A stretch of 63,417 nt of DNA, filler included, from Desulfonatronovibrionaceae bacterium (GTDB lineage Bacteria > Desulfobacterota > Desulfovibrionia > Desulfovibrionales > Desulfonatronovibrionaceae): assembly GCA_046539845.1 (NCBI GenBank). It is 3 parts of 3 records of this genome, joined end to end, with 100 filler letters (N's around TTAATTAATTAA, not from the genome) between each part and the next. Parts side by side here need not be neighbours in the genome. Positions count along the whole stretch, not along the records: positions 27,527 to 53,779 come from JBKHGE010000031.1; 2 more parts are not named here. One strand, given 5' to 3'. Below are positions 30,582 to 39,685 of the stretch, in pieces. How positions within the stretch are numbered: position 1 is the first letter of the stretch; each line of letters begins with the position of its first letter. The translations under genes were made by a program, and so were the position numbers. The notes under the pieces were generated by a model, which was given only the letters and a program-made list of their open reading frames with translations, searched no databases and had not been told where the DNA came from.

Positions 30582-30612
30582 AAACATTTGAGACTTGAGA
30601 GTATTGCCTTGT

Positions 30613-30640
30613 GCCCGGTAAGCAACGCTAGCTTCCGGGC
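30613..30640. terminator. Hairpin between convergent genes
   Basis: GCCCGGTAAGC...GCTTCCGGGC imperfect stem. Confidence 0.5.
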
Positions 30641-30665
30641 CGAAAAAGTCGTTTTTGATTTAAAA

Positions 30666-32943
30666 CTAGTTTAGCGTATGAATCTGCTGGGCCTTTCTAT
30701 TGCTGGGACTGCCGGCCCGGAGTTCCTTCTTGTCCTGCCTCAGCCTTACATAATCGCTCAAAAGGAAAATGATGCGCTCCACCTTGTGCGTGGACTGTAA
30801 GACTGCCTCAAGATGAACATCCCCGCCTTCCTGTTGCCGGACAAAGTATTTGTTGCGCAAATTGTCGAACCTTTGCCGATACTTCGAAGTAAGGCTCTCC
30901 AGCATGCCGAAGTCCATATGGTCCCGGGATTCCACGGCCATGGCCGTCGTGTCTATCAAGGTCCTCAGACCCTCGTGCATTAGTTGCTGCAATTCCAGCC
31001 CATCCGAGGAAACCTGCAAGCCCGTGCCTGGTCGCTGTTCAAGAAAGGTAAAAAGATTGTATTCCAGGGATTGGGCTATTTCCAGGCAGGCGTTGCATTG
31101 GCGGTAAGTATTTATGCTGCTTTCGTTTAGAGGCTCCGCAGCCACCTGGTGCAGGGATTCTTTAAGTTCTCCGGTCAAATACATAAACCGGTTGTGCACC
31201 TCTTCCAATCCGGCTCGGGGAAGCGGAGCGGTCCGGGAATGTTCGTCGTCCGCGTAGTACTCGGAGATAAGTTTAAACAGCTCCGGCTCTTTGCTCATGA
31301 ACTGCTGCAGGCGGGTGTCCGGGTGGGTATATACATCCCCGAACTGAAGCGGATTCATATACCCTTTCCAAAGGAGAAAAAATCTCAGCCCGAACAACAA
31401 AAGCACCATGGCCACGGTTAGATAAAAAATAAACGTCAGGCTCAAGTCATAAGAAGAGTTCATCAGAACGCAGGTATAGATAATGCCCCCGAAAAGAGAA
31501 GTTTCCGCATAGGTATCCTGCTTGAGCATTTCTATATTGAAATCCGCCCGAACTATGTCCCGCAGAATCACCCCCCCCGGAAGCAGTAAGCACAGCCATG
31601 GCCGGCCCCCAGAGCCATAACGGCTCGACGCGCATTTCCAGGGCCACTCCGACCCCGATGACTGTAAAACTGGCCACGGCCCAAGCATCAAAAAACTTAA
31701 ACAGTCGTCCAAAAACACTCCCCAGCTTCCTTTCAATAAAGCTGTCGATTTTCCGACCCAATACAGCAGAACGATCGTGAATGAAATCGTAGCATTTAAT
31801 GCTCACGAAACCGGCCAGCACGACACAAATGGCCACCAGAAAATAGGCTGGAGTCTTTAATACGAAGACCTGATCCACGCCCAGGAAAAGATCCCGCAAA
31901 ACACCACCCCCTATGGCCGGCAATGTAGCCAGCACCAAGGCTCCGAAAAGATTGTACCGCTCCTTGCGGGCCAAAAACAACGCGGAAACGCAAAAGGCGA
32001 CAATGCCCAAAAGATTCAGGACGGTAAACCAGCTCTGTCCCGTGGTTATTGACAGATAAGCGGGCAAAACGAATTCCCGCAGCAGATCGTTTATGCGACC
32101 TTGTTTTTGCATCTCCATGAGGAGGGAGTTAAATTCTTCGAGTTGATTTCTGGATATGCTCTTTTTGCTGAACAGGATATGTACTGGAATTTCCCGGGAT
32201 TTTATCCCGAGTTTGCGCACTGCGGAGGTACTCTCTGTCTCCGCGATGAGGCGATCCATAATTATGGGATTGGCCGCAAAAAGATCCACAATCCCCTCGA
32301 GCATCAGGGTCAGGCTCTCCCGGTAACTCTGCGTGGGAATAAGATTGAGATTCGAGGGCGGATCGCGCACAAGACGCGCGAACTTTTTCGAACCGTAGGC
32401 ATGGCCTTCGACAACGGCTAGGTTCAGGTTTTCGCTTTGCAAAAAATCGAGGACATCCTGCACGCTTTTTAGATTGTCCAGGTTTCCAATACTTTCGTGG
32501 TAGTAAATATCGTTTCTTTCTGTGCGGTAGGGCCTTGAATAATACGCGAATTCTTCCCGGGATTTTTTGTAATAGGCCCCCATGAGAAACTCTGTTTCTC
32601 CGGTTTGCAGGCCCGTCAAAATTTCAGACCAGGACATGGGCTCGAAGATCACCCGATACCCGCCTTGCTCGAACAGCTCTCTGCTTATCTGAATATCCAG
32701 CCCGGAGAGTTCGTTCGCAGAACCCGGGCGGGCCTTCATCTGATAGGGTTCGTCCGGGTACCATCCACTTCGCAGTTCCCGTGATTCGGCATTGGACTCA
32801 GCCGGACAAGGGCAGGCGAGTAAAAACAGATACAGAAAAACCAGAATGGGAAAACAACATTTTCGAGAAATCGAAATCAACCGATTGCTTTCCGAGAGTT
32901 TTTCTTCCGGGGATAATACTCTGATAATATATAAATCAATCAT
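30666..32943 (-). pseudogene. Amino-acid-type substrate-binding domain + TRIC/UPF0126 membrane domain + helical C-terminal domain; one gene frameshifted at a G8 tract (31571-31578)
   Basis: SBP family-3 motifs (PY....GLDI....F..MSW...R), TRIC repeat 1 AIGGGVLRDL and repeat 2 split as LTASGG|VILRDIV across the two ORFs. Start uncertain (ATG 32943 or TTG 32880). Confidence 0.8.
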
Positions 32944-33127
32944 CGGGTCACATGTTAGCTGCTGAGAATGTTTCCCCGTACCAGGACACGGCTTTTCTGC
33001 AATAATATAACTAGCTGTTCAAACTAAAAGATTTGCAGTCAGCTTTTTTCATATTTTATTGCGTCTGACAAGCCATGAAAATATCCTAAAAATCCACCGT
33101 ATTTTGTGCATTCATTCAAAAACTTAC

Positions 33128-33231
33128 TGCCAACCATGATGCCAGACTGCCAACGAAATTGGCACAACGGCTTGTTTTCTCTAGAAAGATCCATTTATCC
33201 CAAGCAGTTAACTATTGGCACAAATTTTGTT
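33128..33231 (+). promoter_or_regulatory. Putative sigma-54 promoter with upstream enhancer palindrome
   Basis: TGGCAC-N5-TTGT at 33216-33230; perfect TGCCAA-N5-TTGGCA at 33148-33164 and a second TGCCAA half-site 20 bp upstream. Confidence 0.6.
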
Positions 33232-33397
33232 ACAATAAATACAAAGTTATTGATTTTGATAAAGATCGGCTTTAAATTGCATTCATTTTAAAATTCACAA
33301 TACCCCAAAACACCTCGCAAGGACCAAGGGCAGTAGCTAAAAATAAATGTCATGCAATATCATTTGCTGAAATGTTTCAAGAAAAAAGGAGAACGAC

Positions 33398-33805
33398 ATG
33401 AAAACAGTTCCCAATCAAATTGCCGTGTTGGCTGCCTTCATTTTTATTGCAATCTCTTTTCACCCCGCAATTGCCGAAAACAGCCAATTTGAAGAACTGG
33501 ATAAAGTAACGGATTGCTATAAAAAATGTGTTGTCTCATGCTATGAGCGCAAAAATCCGGATTCGAATATTGACGATACCCCCCGACTGGAAGTCCGTAG
33601 ATCATGCGAAAACATTTGCTCCAAGCAATGCTACGGTCAAGAGATAGATCCGATAATTACGCCCCCATTAAAGCCGACCTCCGGGGTATATCTATCCACA
33701 CCTCAGGCAGACAAACCCTGGTTAACGAAATGTCTGTCGCATTGTAGTGAAAAGCCGTCACATGTCAGGACCTTTTGCAGGAAACTGTGCCAAGAACTGA
33801 AATAA
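33398..33805 (+). CDS. Secreted Cys-rich hypothetical protein
   Basis: AGGAG RBS, signal peptide (AIA-E), 10 Cys arranged as CxxxCxxxC twice and CxxxC twice. Confidence 0.75.
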   Translation: MKTVPNQIAVLAAFIFIAISFHPAIAENSQFEELDKVTDCYKKCVVSCYERKNPDSNIDDTPRLEVRRSCENICSKQCYGQEIDPIITPPLKPTSGVYLSTPQADKPWLTKCLSHCSEKPSHVRTFCRKLCQELK

Positions 33806-33834
33806 ATAGCCAAACAATTAAAAAGGAAGAAACT

Positions 33835-34269
33835 ATGAACAAGACATTTCTGCTTTTTATTCTATCGTTTATCTTCATTAGCGTAAACGCTTATGCGTAT
33901 GATGACGACCATGTCATAAAAAAGACGGTATGTACAAGTAAAGATAGTTCAAGCTGCAAGACCATTAAATTCTCATGTGAAATTAAATCTGAATCTGATG
34001 ACAATAATAACTTTAATCTAGAAGTAAAGAGAACATTTCCCTTAGAAGATGCTGTAAGAAAATGCTTTTGCAGAGAAGCAGACTCCAATTTCCTGCAGAC
34101 AACTTATTTCAAATGTGATTGTAGTGGAGATGTTCCATATGGTATGAGAAGAGATTTTGAATTTAATTGGCTTTTATTTGGCTCCACAGAAATGACATGC
34201 AATCATTTTATAAATAATCTATACAGAGAGGACTATGATGACATTGACCCAGATATGATTGGTTGGTAG
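33835..34269 (+). CDS. Secreted Cys-rich hypothetical protein
   Basis: AAGGAAG RBS, signal peptide MNKTFLLFILSFIFISVNAYA, 8 Cys, AT-rich. Confidence 0.75.
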   Translation: MNKTFLLFILSFIFISVNAYAYDDDHVIKKTVCTSKDSSSCKTIKFSCEIKSESDDNNNFNLEVKRTFPLEDAVRKCFCREADSNFLQTTYFKCDCSGDVPYGMRRDFEFNWLLFGSTEMTCNHFINNLYREDYDDIDPDMIGW

Positions 34270-34374
34270 CGGCAAGCGGCAATAAAATCACCAATTGCTT
34301 TTTGTTGCTGCTGGACGCTTCACATTCAAGACAACTCACCAGGCCAAGCTTTAAACAACGAGGAAAAACCGGTC

Positions 34375-37300
34375 ATGTATGCGTCAGACATATTTTTAAA
34401 CGCACTCAACCGCCTTTTATTTTTGCTCATATTCCTTTTTATCGCCATGTCGAGCGCATGGGCGGACGACATGCCGGCAAGTTTCGATTTGTGCGATGTC
34501 GACGGCCGGTCTTATCTGAGTCCGATCAAGAACCAGAATCCATGGGGGACCTGCTACGCATTCGGGGCCGTGGCCGCAGCGGAAAGCACCTATAACCGGG
34601 CTATGGACTTGTACGACGAAGACGCGGTCTCTTTATCCGAAGCCTTTATCATCTGGAGCCTGGGCCCGAAATATGCAGGATTTCCGCTGAAAGCAAATGG
34701 CTCCAGCGGCAGCCCTGACTATGATCAACTTCAGGCACTGGTCGATTACGGTACGGTAAGGGAAAGCGTATTTCCGTACCGACCGGATTTCATGGCCTAT
34801 GCCAAAGACGAAGATCATCTGCTGGATTACCATTGGGACGCCCCGCGCACAAAATTCGCCGGCTGGCACCGTTTGCCGGTAAACGATCTCGCGACCATGA
34901 AGGAAACGATCACACGATTCGGAGCCCTGGCTGCGGCGATTGATGCCAACAGTACCGAATTCGGCAATTATAAAGGCGGAGTATTCGAATATAACGGCAG
35001 CGCCCCGAATAACTATCTTGAATATTATTCAGGAAGCAATCATGCAATCTCTCTGGTCGGCTGGGACGACGACAAGCAGGCCTGGATTCTACGCAATTCC
35101 TGGGGCAAGGGTTGGGGCGAGGACGGATACATGTATATCGACTACCACTCCGCTTTTGTCGGAACAGCAGCAAGCTACCTGCACTACGAGCCCTGGTCCG
35201 GAGAGGATTTCAGCGTAACCAATACATCGAATATAAACGCCACAGTCGATTACTCCGGTTACCAGCCGGTGGCCAGAGGCATGTATAAATGGGGCGGCAA
35301 TCACGCATCAATGAGCAACGAAGCAAGCATTGAAGCCGTGGCCGATGTCGACGCGGGCAATCCATACGTACACGGCATGTATCTCTGGGCCGGGAACAGC
35401 AGCCGCATTGAAAACCACGGAACTATTAAAGCCGGGGCAGCAAGCGATAACGGCCAAGCGACTGCCTACGGCATCTGCCTGCAGGGCAAAGAGGCGCTTA
35501 ACTCCGACACAATCATCGTGGAGGTGGAAAATGGCGGCAACGAGCGAGCCACGGCATATGGAATCAGGCACTTCGGTTTTGACGACACCGCGATCCTTGA
35601 AAACTCTGGCAGCATAAGCTCCACCGCCAATACCGACAACGGCTGGGCCTATGGCCTGTTCGGCTCCAATCTGTCCGAAGTGTTTAACACCGGAACAGTT
35701 TACGCCGAGGCCGAGGGCGCCGCCCTGGGCATTGTTGCCGGTCGAAAATCGCATATTGAAAACCGGGGACAAATAGTTTCCTCCGCATCCTTAGATGGCA
35801 ACGCCTACGGGATATACAAACACAAAGGGAGCGTATTCAATTCCGGGAATATCAATGCCACTTCAATGAGCGGCGACGTTTGCGGGGTATTTGGATATAA
35901 AGCGGGTTTTGAAAACGCCGGCAGCATAATTTCAGAGGCAAAGGCAGGGGACGCCTCCGCGGTTGCGCTCACAGACAGCGAATTCATCAACCGAGCGGAT
36001 GGAACTCTCCAGGCCTCTAATCAGCCGGGTAACGCCACGGCCCTGTATCTTGAACATTCCCTGGGAATAAACAACGGTAAAATCATCGGGGATACCCTGT
36101 TTCAAGACGCCTCCCTGCTGCGCGGCAGCGGCGAATTCAACGGCGATGTTACGAACAAGGGCAGCCGTCTGGCCCCGGGCAATTCCATAGGGACAATGAC
36201 CATAAACGGAAACTACATCCAGAACCAAAACGGAGAACTGGAAATAGAATTCGACGACTCCGCTTCGGACAGGCTTATCGTCGGAGAAACCGCTTCCCTG
36301 GACGGAACCCTGATCCTTATCCCCGAGGGATACGTACCCGGTAGCGGTTACAAAATCATGAATGCCTCGCAAATCAACGGGAACTTCGCCAGAATCATCT
36401 CCCCGGCCGTATTTACTCCCGGCCTAAGCTACTCTTCTACAGACTTGGACCTGGACATCTCCAGAAACAGCTATACATCCCTGGTCGGTCATTCGGACCA
36501 GAAAGACATGGCCGTAGCCCTGGATCATATAAGGCCCACTGCCTCCGGGGATATGGCCTACGTACTGAACGGGATAGACAGGATGCAGCTCTCCGGGGTG
36601 CAGGATTCCATGCTGGACATGTATCCGGGCATGCATGCAGCGGCCGGATATTCCGCGCTTCAGGGTGCACACGACCCCACGAGAATCATCAATGAGCACT
36701 GGGATACACAGCTTTTCGCCGCTGGGCATCAAACCATGCCCGGGAAATTCAAGACCCAAAACGCCACGAATTCCTCCCGGTTCACTTCCTGGGGGACATT
36801 TACCGGAGGCCAGTCCCGGACCAAGGCCACAGGCTCTGTTCCGGGGATAAAAGAAAATCGCTCCGGCATGCTCCTAGGACTGGACTACAAACTGGGCGAG
36901 CATGTTATCATCGGAGCGGCCGGGGCTTATTCGCAAAAGTACCTGGATGAAAGGGACGGTGAAGGATCAGCAGAGATAAAATCCTGGACCGGGCACTTGT
37001 TTTCGCAATGGACCCCAACCCCACAGAAAGGCGGATGGCATGTGTCTGGAGCGCTCGGGGCGGGCAAGGTCTATTTCGACACCACCCGTTCCCTGGACTT
37101 TGTACACCGCGAAGCGGATAGCAACCACCACGGGTATTCATATTCCCTGGCCGCGAAAACAAATTATGACCACCTCGCCGGGAAATGGACCATCAGCCCG
37201 GGCTTTGATCTCAAATACGCCCATTTGTATGAACAAGGGTATACCGAGTCCGGGGCCGATTCCCTGGACCTGGACATGGACTCCCGCAGTTCACATTCCC

Positions 37301-37617
37301 TGCAATCCGGATTGGGAATAGGTATTTCCCGCTCATGTGATCTGAAAAAACTTGAACTTATACCGGCGGTTAAAATCGAGTGGCAGCACGAATTCCTGCC
37401 AGAATCAGAAGACTTAAACGCTCGGTTTAAAGGCGAGTCCCCGGGCTTCGACGCCCCGGGCAGAGATCTGCCAAAAAACGCGGCCGCTGTTGAAGCATCA
37501 CTTACGGCCCGTTTTTCAGATTCATTCCAGGCCACGGCCGGATACGCATGCCGGTTGACCGAAGGCAACCAGGAAACCGCACATAGCTTGAATGCCGAAT
37601 TGCGGATCATGTTTTGA
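34375..37617 (+). CDS. Autotransporter with N-terminal papain-family (C1A) cysteine peptidase
   Basis: Signal peptide; KNQNPWGTCYAF (Gln/Cys), NHAISLVGW (His), RNSWG (Asn); N.G.I beta-helix repeats; APGNSIGT; C-terminal barrel ending in Phe. Confidence 0.92.
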   Translation: MYASDIFLNALNRLLFLLIFLFIAMSSAWADDMPASFDLCDVDGRSYLSPIKNQNPWGTCYAFGAVAAAESTYNRAMDLYDEDAVSLSEAFIIWSLGPKYAGFPLKANGSSGSPDYDQLQALVDYGTVRESVFPYRPDFMAYAKDEDHLLDYHWDAPRTKFAGWHRLPVNDLATMKETITRFGALAAAIDANSTEFGNYKGGVFEYNGSAPNNYLEYYSGSNHAISLVGWDDDKQAWILRNSWGKGWGEDGYMYIDYHSAFVGTAASYLHYEPWSGEDFSVTNTSNINATVDYSGYQPVARGMYKWGGNHASMSNEASIEAVADVDAGNPYVHGMYLWAGNSSRIENHGTIKAGAASDNGQATAYGICLQGKEALNSDTIIVEVENGGNERATAYGIRHFGFDDTAILENSGSISSTANTDNGWAYGLFGSNLSEVFNTGTVYAEAEGAALGIVAGRKSHIENRGQIVSSASLDGNAYGIYKHKGSVFNSGNINATSMSGDVCGVFGYKAGFENAGSIISEAKAGDASAVALTDSEFINRADGTLQASNQPGNATALYLEHSLGINNGKIIGDTLFQDASLLRGSGEFNGDVTNKGSRLAPGNSIGTMTINGNYIQNQNGELEIEFDDSASDRLIVGETASLDGTLILIPEGYVPGSGYKIMNASQINGNFARIISPAVFTPGLSYSSTDLDLDISRNSYTSLVGHSDQKDMAVALDHIRPTASGDMAYVLNGIDRMQLSGVQDSMLDMYPGMHAAAGYSALQGAHDPTRIINEHWDTQLFAAGHQTMPGKFKTQNATNSSRFTSWGTFTGGQSRTKATGSVPGIKENRSGMLLGLDYKLGEHVIIGAAGAYSQKYLDERDGEGSAEIKSWTGHLFSQWTPTPQKGGWHVSGALGAGKVYFDTTRSLDFVHREADSNHHGYSYSLAAKTNYDHLAGKWTISPGFDLKYAHLYEQGYTESGADSLDLDMDSRSSHSLQSGLGIGISRSCDLKKLELIPAVKIEWQHEFLPESEDLNARFKGESPGFDAPGRDLPKNAAAVEASLTARFSDSFQATAGYACRLTEGNQETAHSLNAELRIMF

Positions 37618-37816
37618 TTTTGGAGTAGATGTGTGATGCGCAGATCAAACAAACTGGGAGTCCTATGCTTTGTATGCTTTTTAATAGCGACCTGCCCGAT
37701 GCCACGTGGATCAAGGAGAGAAAATGTGCTTCAAGGGGCCACTAGGGTAGAAAGCAGGAGACGGACATTCCCAAAGTAACTGGGGACAGACGAACTATGT
37801 TGATTTGCTCTTCGCT

Positions 37817-37845
37817 TGGATTACCCGATTAAACCGGGTAATGAC
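37817..37845. repeat. Short REP/dRS3-like palindrome
   Basis: TGG-ATTACCCG-ATTAAAC-CGGGTAAT-GAC, perfect 8-bp stem. Confidence 0.6.
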
Positions 37846-38006
37846 GGGAAGAAATGGTCCTCATCCGCAGGGACCCGAGCGAATGATGTGCATCCCCCTC
37901 TTTATGTCATCCCCATACCGGATCGGGGGGCCGGGAGACGGATCAGGGAGCCTGGCAACAACTCAAACCAAACAGCGCGATGTCCCTTCTTACTTATTAA
38001 AAGCAT

Positions 38007-39353
38007 TTAACCCGGGAAAAGCCGCTTTATCTTTTTTCTAAGCCCCTCCCGGCTTATGCCCAGCATCTCGGCCGCCTGCGTCTTATTACCATCAGTGGCT
38101 TCCAGGGCCCTTTGAATCAGCTTTTTTTCATGCTCGGCCAGACTGCTGAAACCGTTCAGTCCCAAATCCGACTCGGCTTTATCTATACCCAGCGGCTGAT
38201 TCGCATCACAAATCGTTTGCGGCATTTCCGACCCCAGGCTTTCATGCCCGGCAATCCAGGGGGAAAGATCCTCAAGCCTTATCTCCGAAGAGTAGGAAAG
38301 CGCGACCAGGCGCTCAACTTCATTCTCAAGTTCGCGTACATTTCCGGGCCAAGAATAATGCATGAGCGCATCCATTGCCTCCGGGCGGACCTTCATGATC
38401 GGCCGCCCCATGCTGCGGCAATGCACAGCCAGAAACTTCTTTACCAACAGGGGGATATCATCGGGCCGCTTTCGCAAGGGGGGGATATTGATGGATACAA
38501 CATTGAGGCGATAATATAGATCCTTGCGAAAATCCCCGGCCTCGACCATGGCCTGCAGATCAACATTCGCCGCGGCCAGGACCCGGATATCCACGGAAAT
38601 GGACTTCGAGCCCCCGACCCGGACGAGTTCCCGTTCCTCCAGGACGCGCAGTATCTTGGCCTGACTGGCCATGGACATATCCGCGACTTCATCCAGAAGC
38701 AGGGTTCCCCCGTCCGCCTGCTCCATGAGTCCCTTGCGCTTGGTGACGCCGGTGGCCACGCCCTTTTCGATCCCGAAGAGCTCGCTCTCAAAAAGGGTCT
38801 CGGGAATGGCCGAGCAATTCATGGCCACGAAAGGGGCTGTTTTGCGGAAGGAATTGTAATGCAGGGCCTTGGCCACCAACTCCTTGCCCGTTCCGGTCTC
38901 TCCGGTTATGAGCACGTTGACCGGGGTGTCGGCAATGCGCTCTATGCGGCTTAAGATATCGCGCATCATCGCGCTCTGGGCCACAATGCGCTTGGAGGAA
39001 TAGCGATCCATGAGTCCTTTTTTCAGACCGGCGTTTTCATCTTTGAGCCTCTTACGCGACTCCTCTAGTTCTTTATTGGCCTGCCTGAGTTCGACCAGGA
39101 CCTCTTCCATATGGTACTCGCGGGCCTCGACCTTGACCAGCATCATCCCGAAGGATTCGGCCAATCTGGCAATCTGCTCCGGGTACTCCTTTTGTTTGGT
39201 CAGCTCAAAGAGCTCACCCACCCGGTCATACCTGTTCCAGGCCAGATCGTGACAAACCTGCTCCATTTTTTTCAGGAGCGCCCCGACTTCCGGAGTCAAT
39301 GCCTCATTGCCTTTACCCATAACCTGTTTTCCCCGTCCTTGAATTATTGGCAC
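38007..39353 (-). CDS. Sigma-54-dependent Fis-family activator with HAMP-like N-terminus
   Basis: [40 protein letters not shown]-terminal HTH; GAFTGA loop reads GVATGV. Start uncertain (ATG 39320 is possible). Confidence 0.92.
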   Translation of the reverse strand: MPIIQGRGKQVMGKGNEALTPEVGALLKKMEQVCHDLAWNRYDRVGELFELTKQKEYPEQIARLAESFGMMLVKVEAREYHMEEVLVELRQANKELEESRKRLKDENAGLKKGLMDRYSSKRIVAQSAMMRDILSRIERIADTPVNVLITGETGTGKELVAKALHYNSFRKTAPFVAMNCSAIPETLFESELFGIEKGVATGVTKRKGLMEQADGGTLLLDEVADMSMASQAKILRVLEERELVRVGGSKSISVDIRVLAAANVDLQAMVEAGDFRKDLYYRLNVVSINIPPLRKRPDDIPLLVKKFLAVHCRSMGRPIMKVRPEAMDALMHYSWPGNVRELENEVERLVALSYSSEIRLEDLSPWIAGHESLGSEMPQTICDANQPLGIDKAESDLGLNGFSSLAEHEKKLIQRALEATDGNKTQAAEMLGISREGLRKKIKRLFPG

Positions 39354-39685
39354 TCACCAGATGAGCGGACAAGAATCAACATCTGTTAACATCCATTTTC
39401 CGGGCCTGATAAGCCCAAAAACCGGCATGCATGTATATGCAGCTAGCATATTTACATCCGGATCGAAACCCGCGTCCAAGATTCAATCCCGCCCGGCCCG
39501 GAGATGCTTTTTTCAGGCTTGCCCTCGGTTGAGGATTAAACTATACGGATTCTTCCTTTCCCATGCCATGACCTGAACATCTCATCTTTTCCTCAGCGAA
39601 GTGCAGTAGCAGATGCCTGTTGTCCCGGTATTTTCCGGGAGATGAATGCATGGGGAACCCAAAATTCAAGACCGGAGTAACAAAG

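Noticed and set aside
37665..37745. 26-codon ORF with GGAG RBS after the autotransporter
   Set aside because: Too short and featureless to support.
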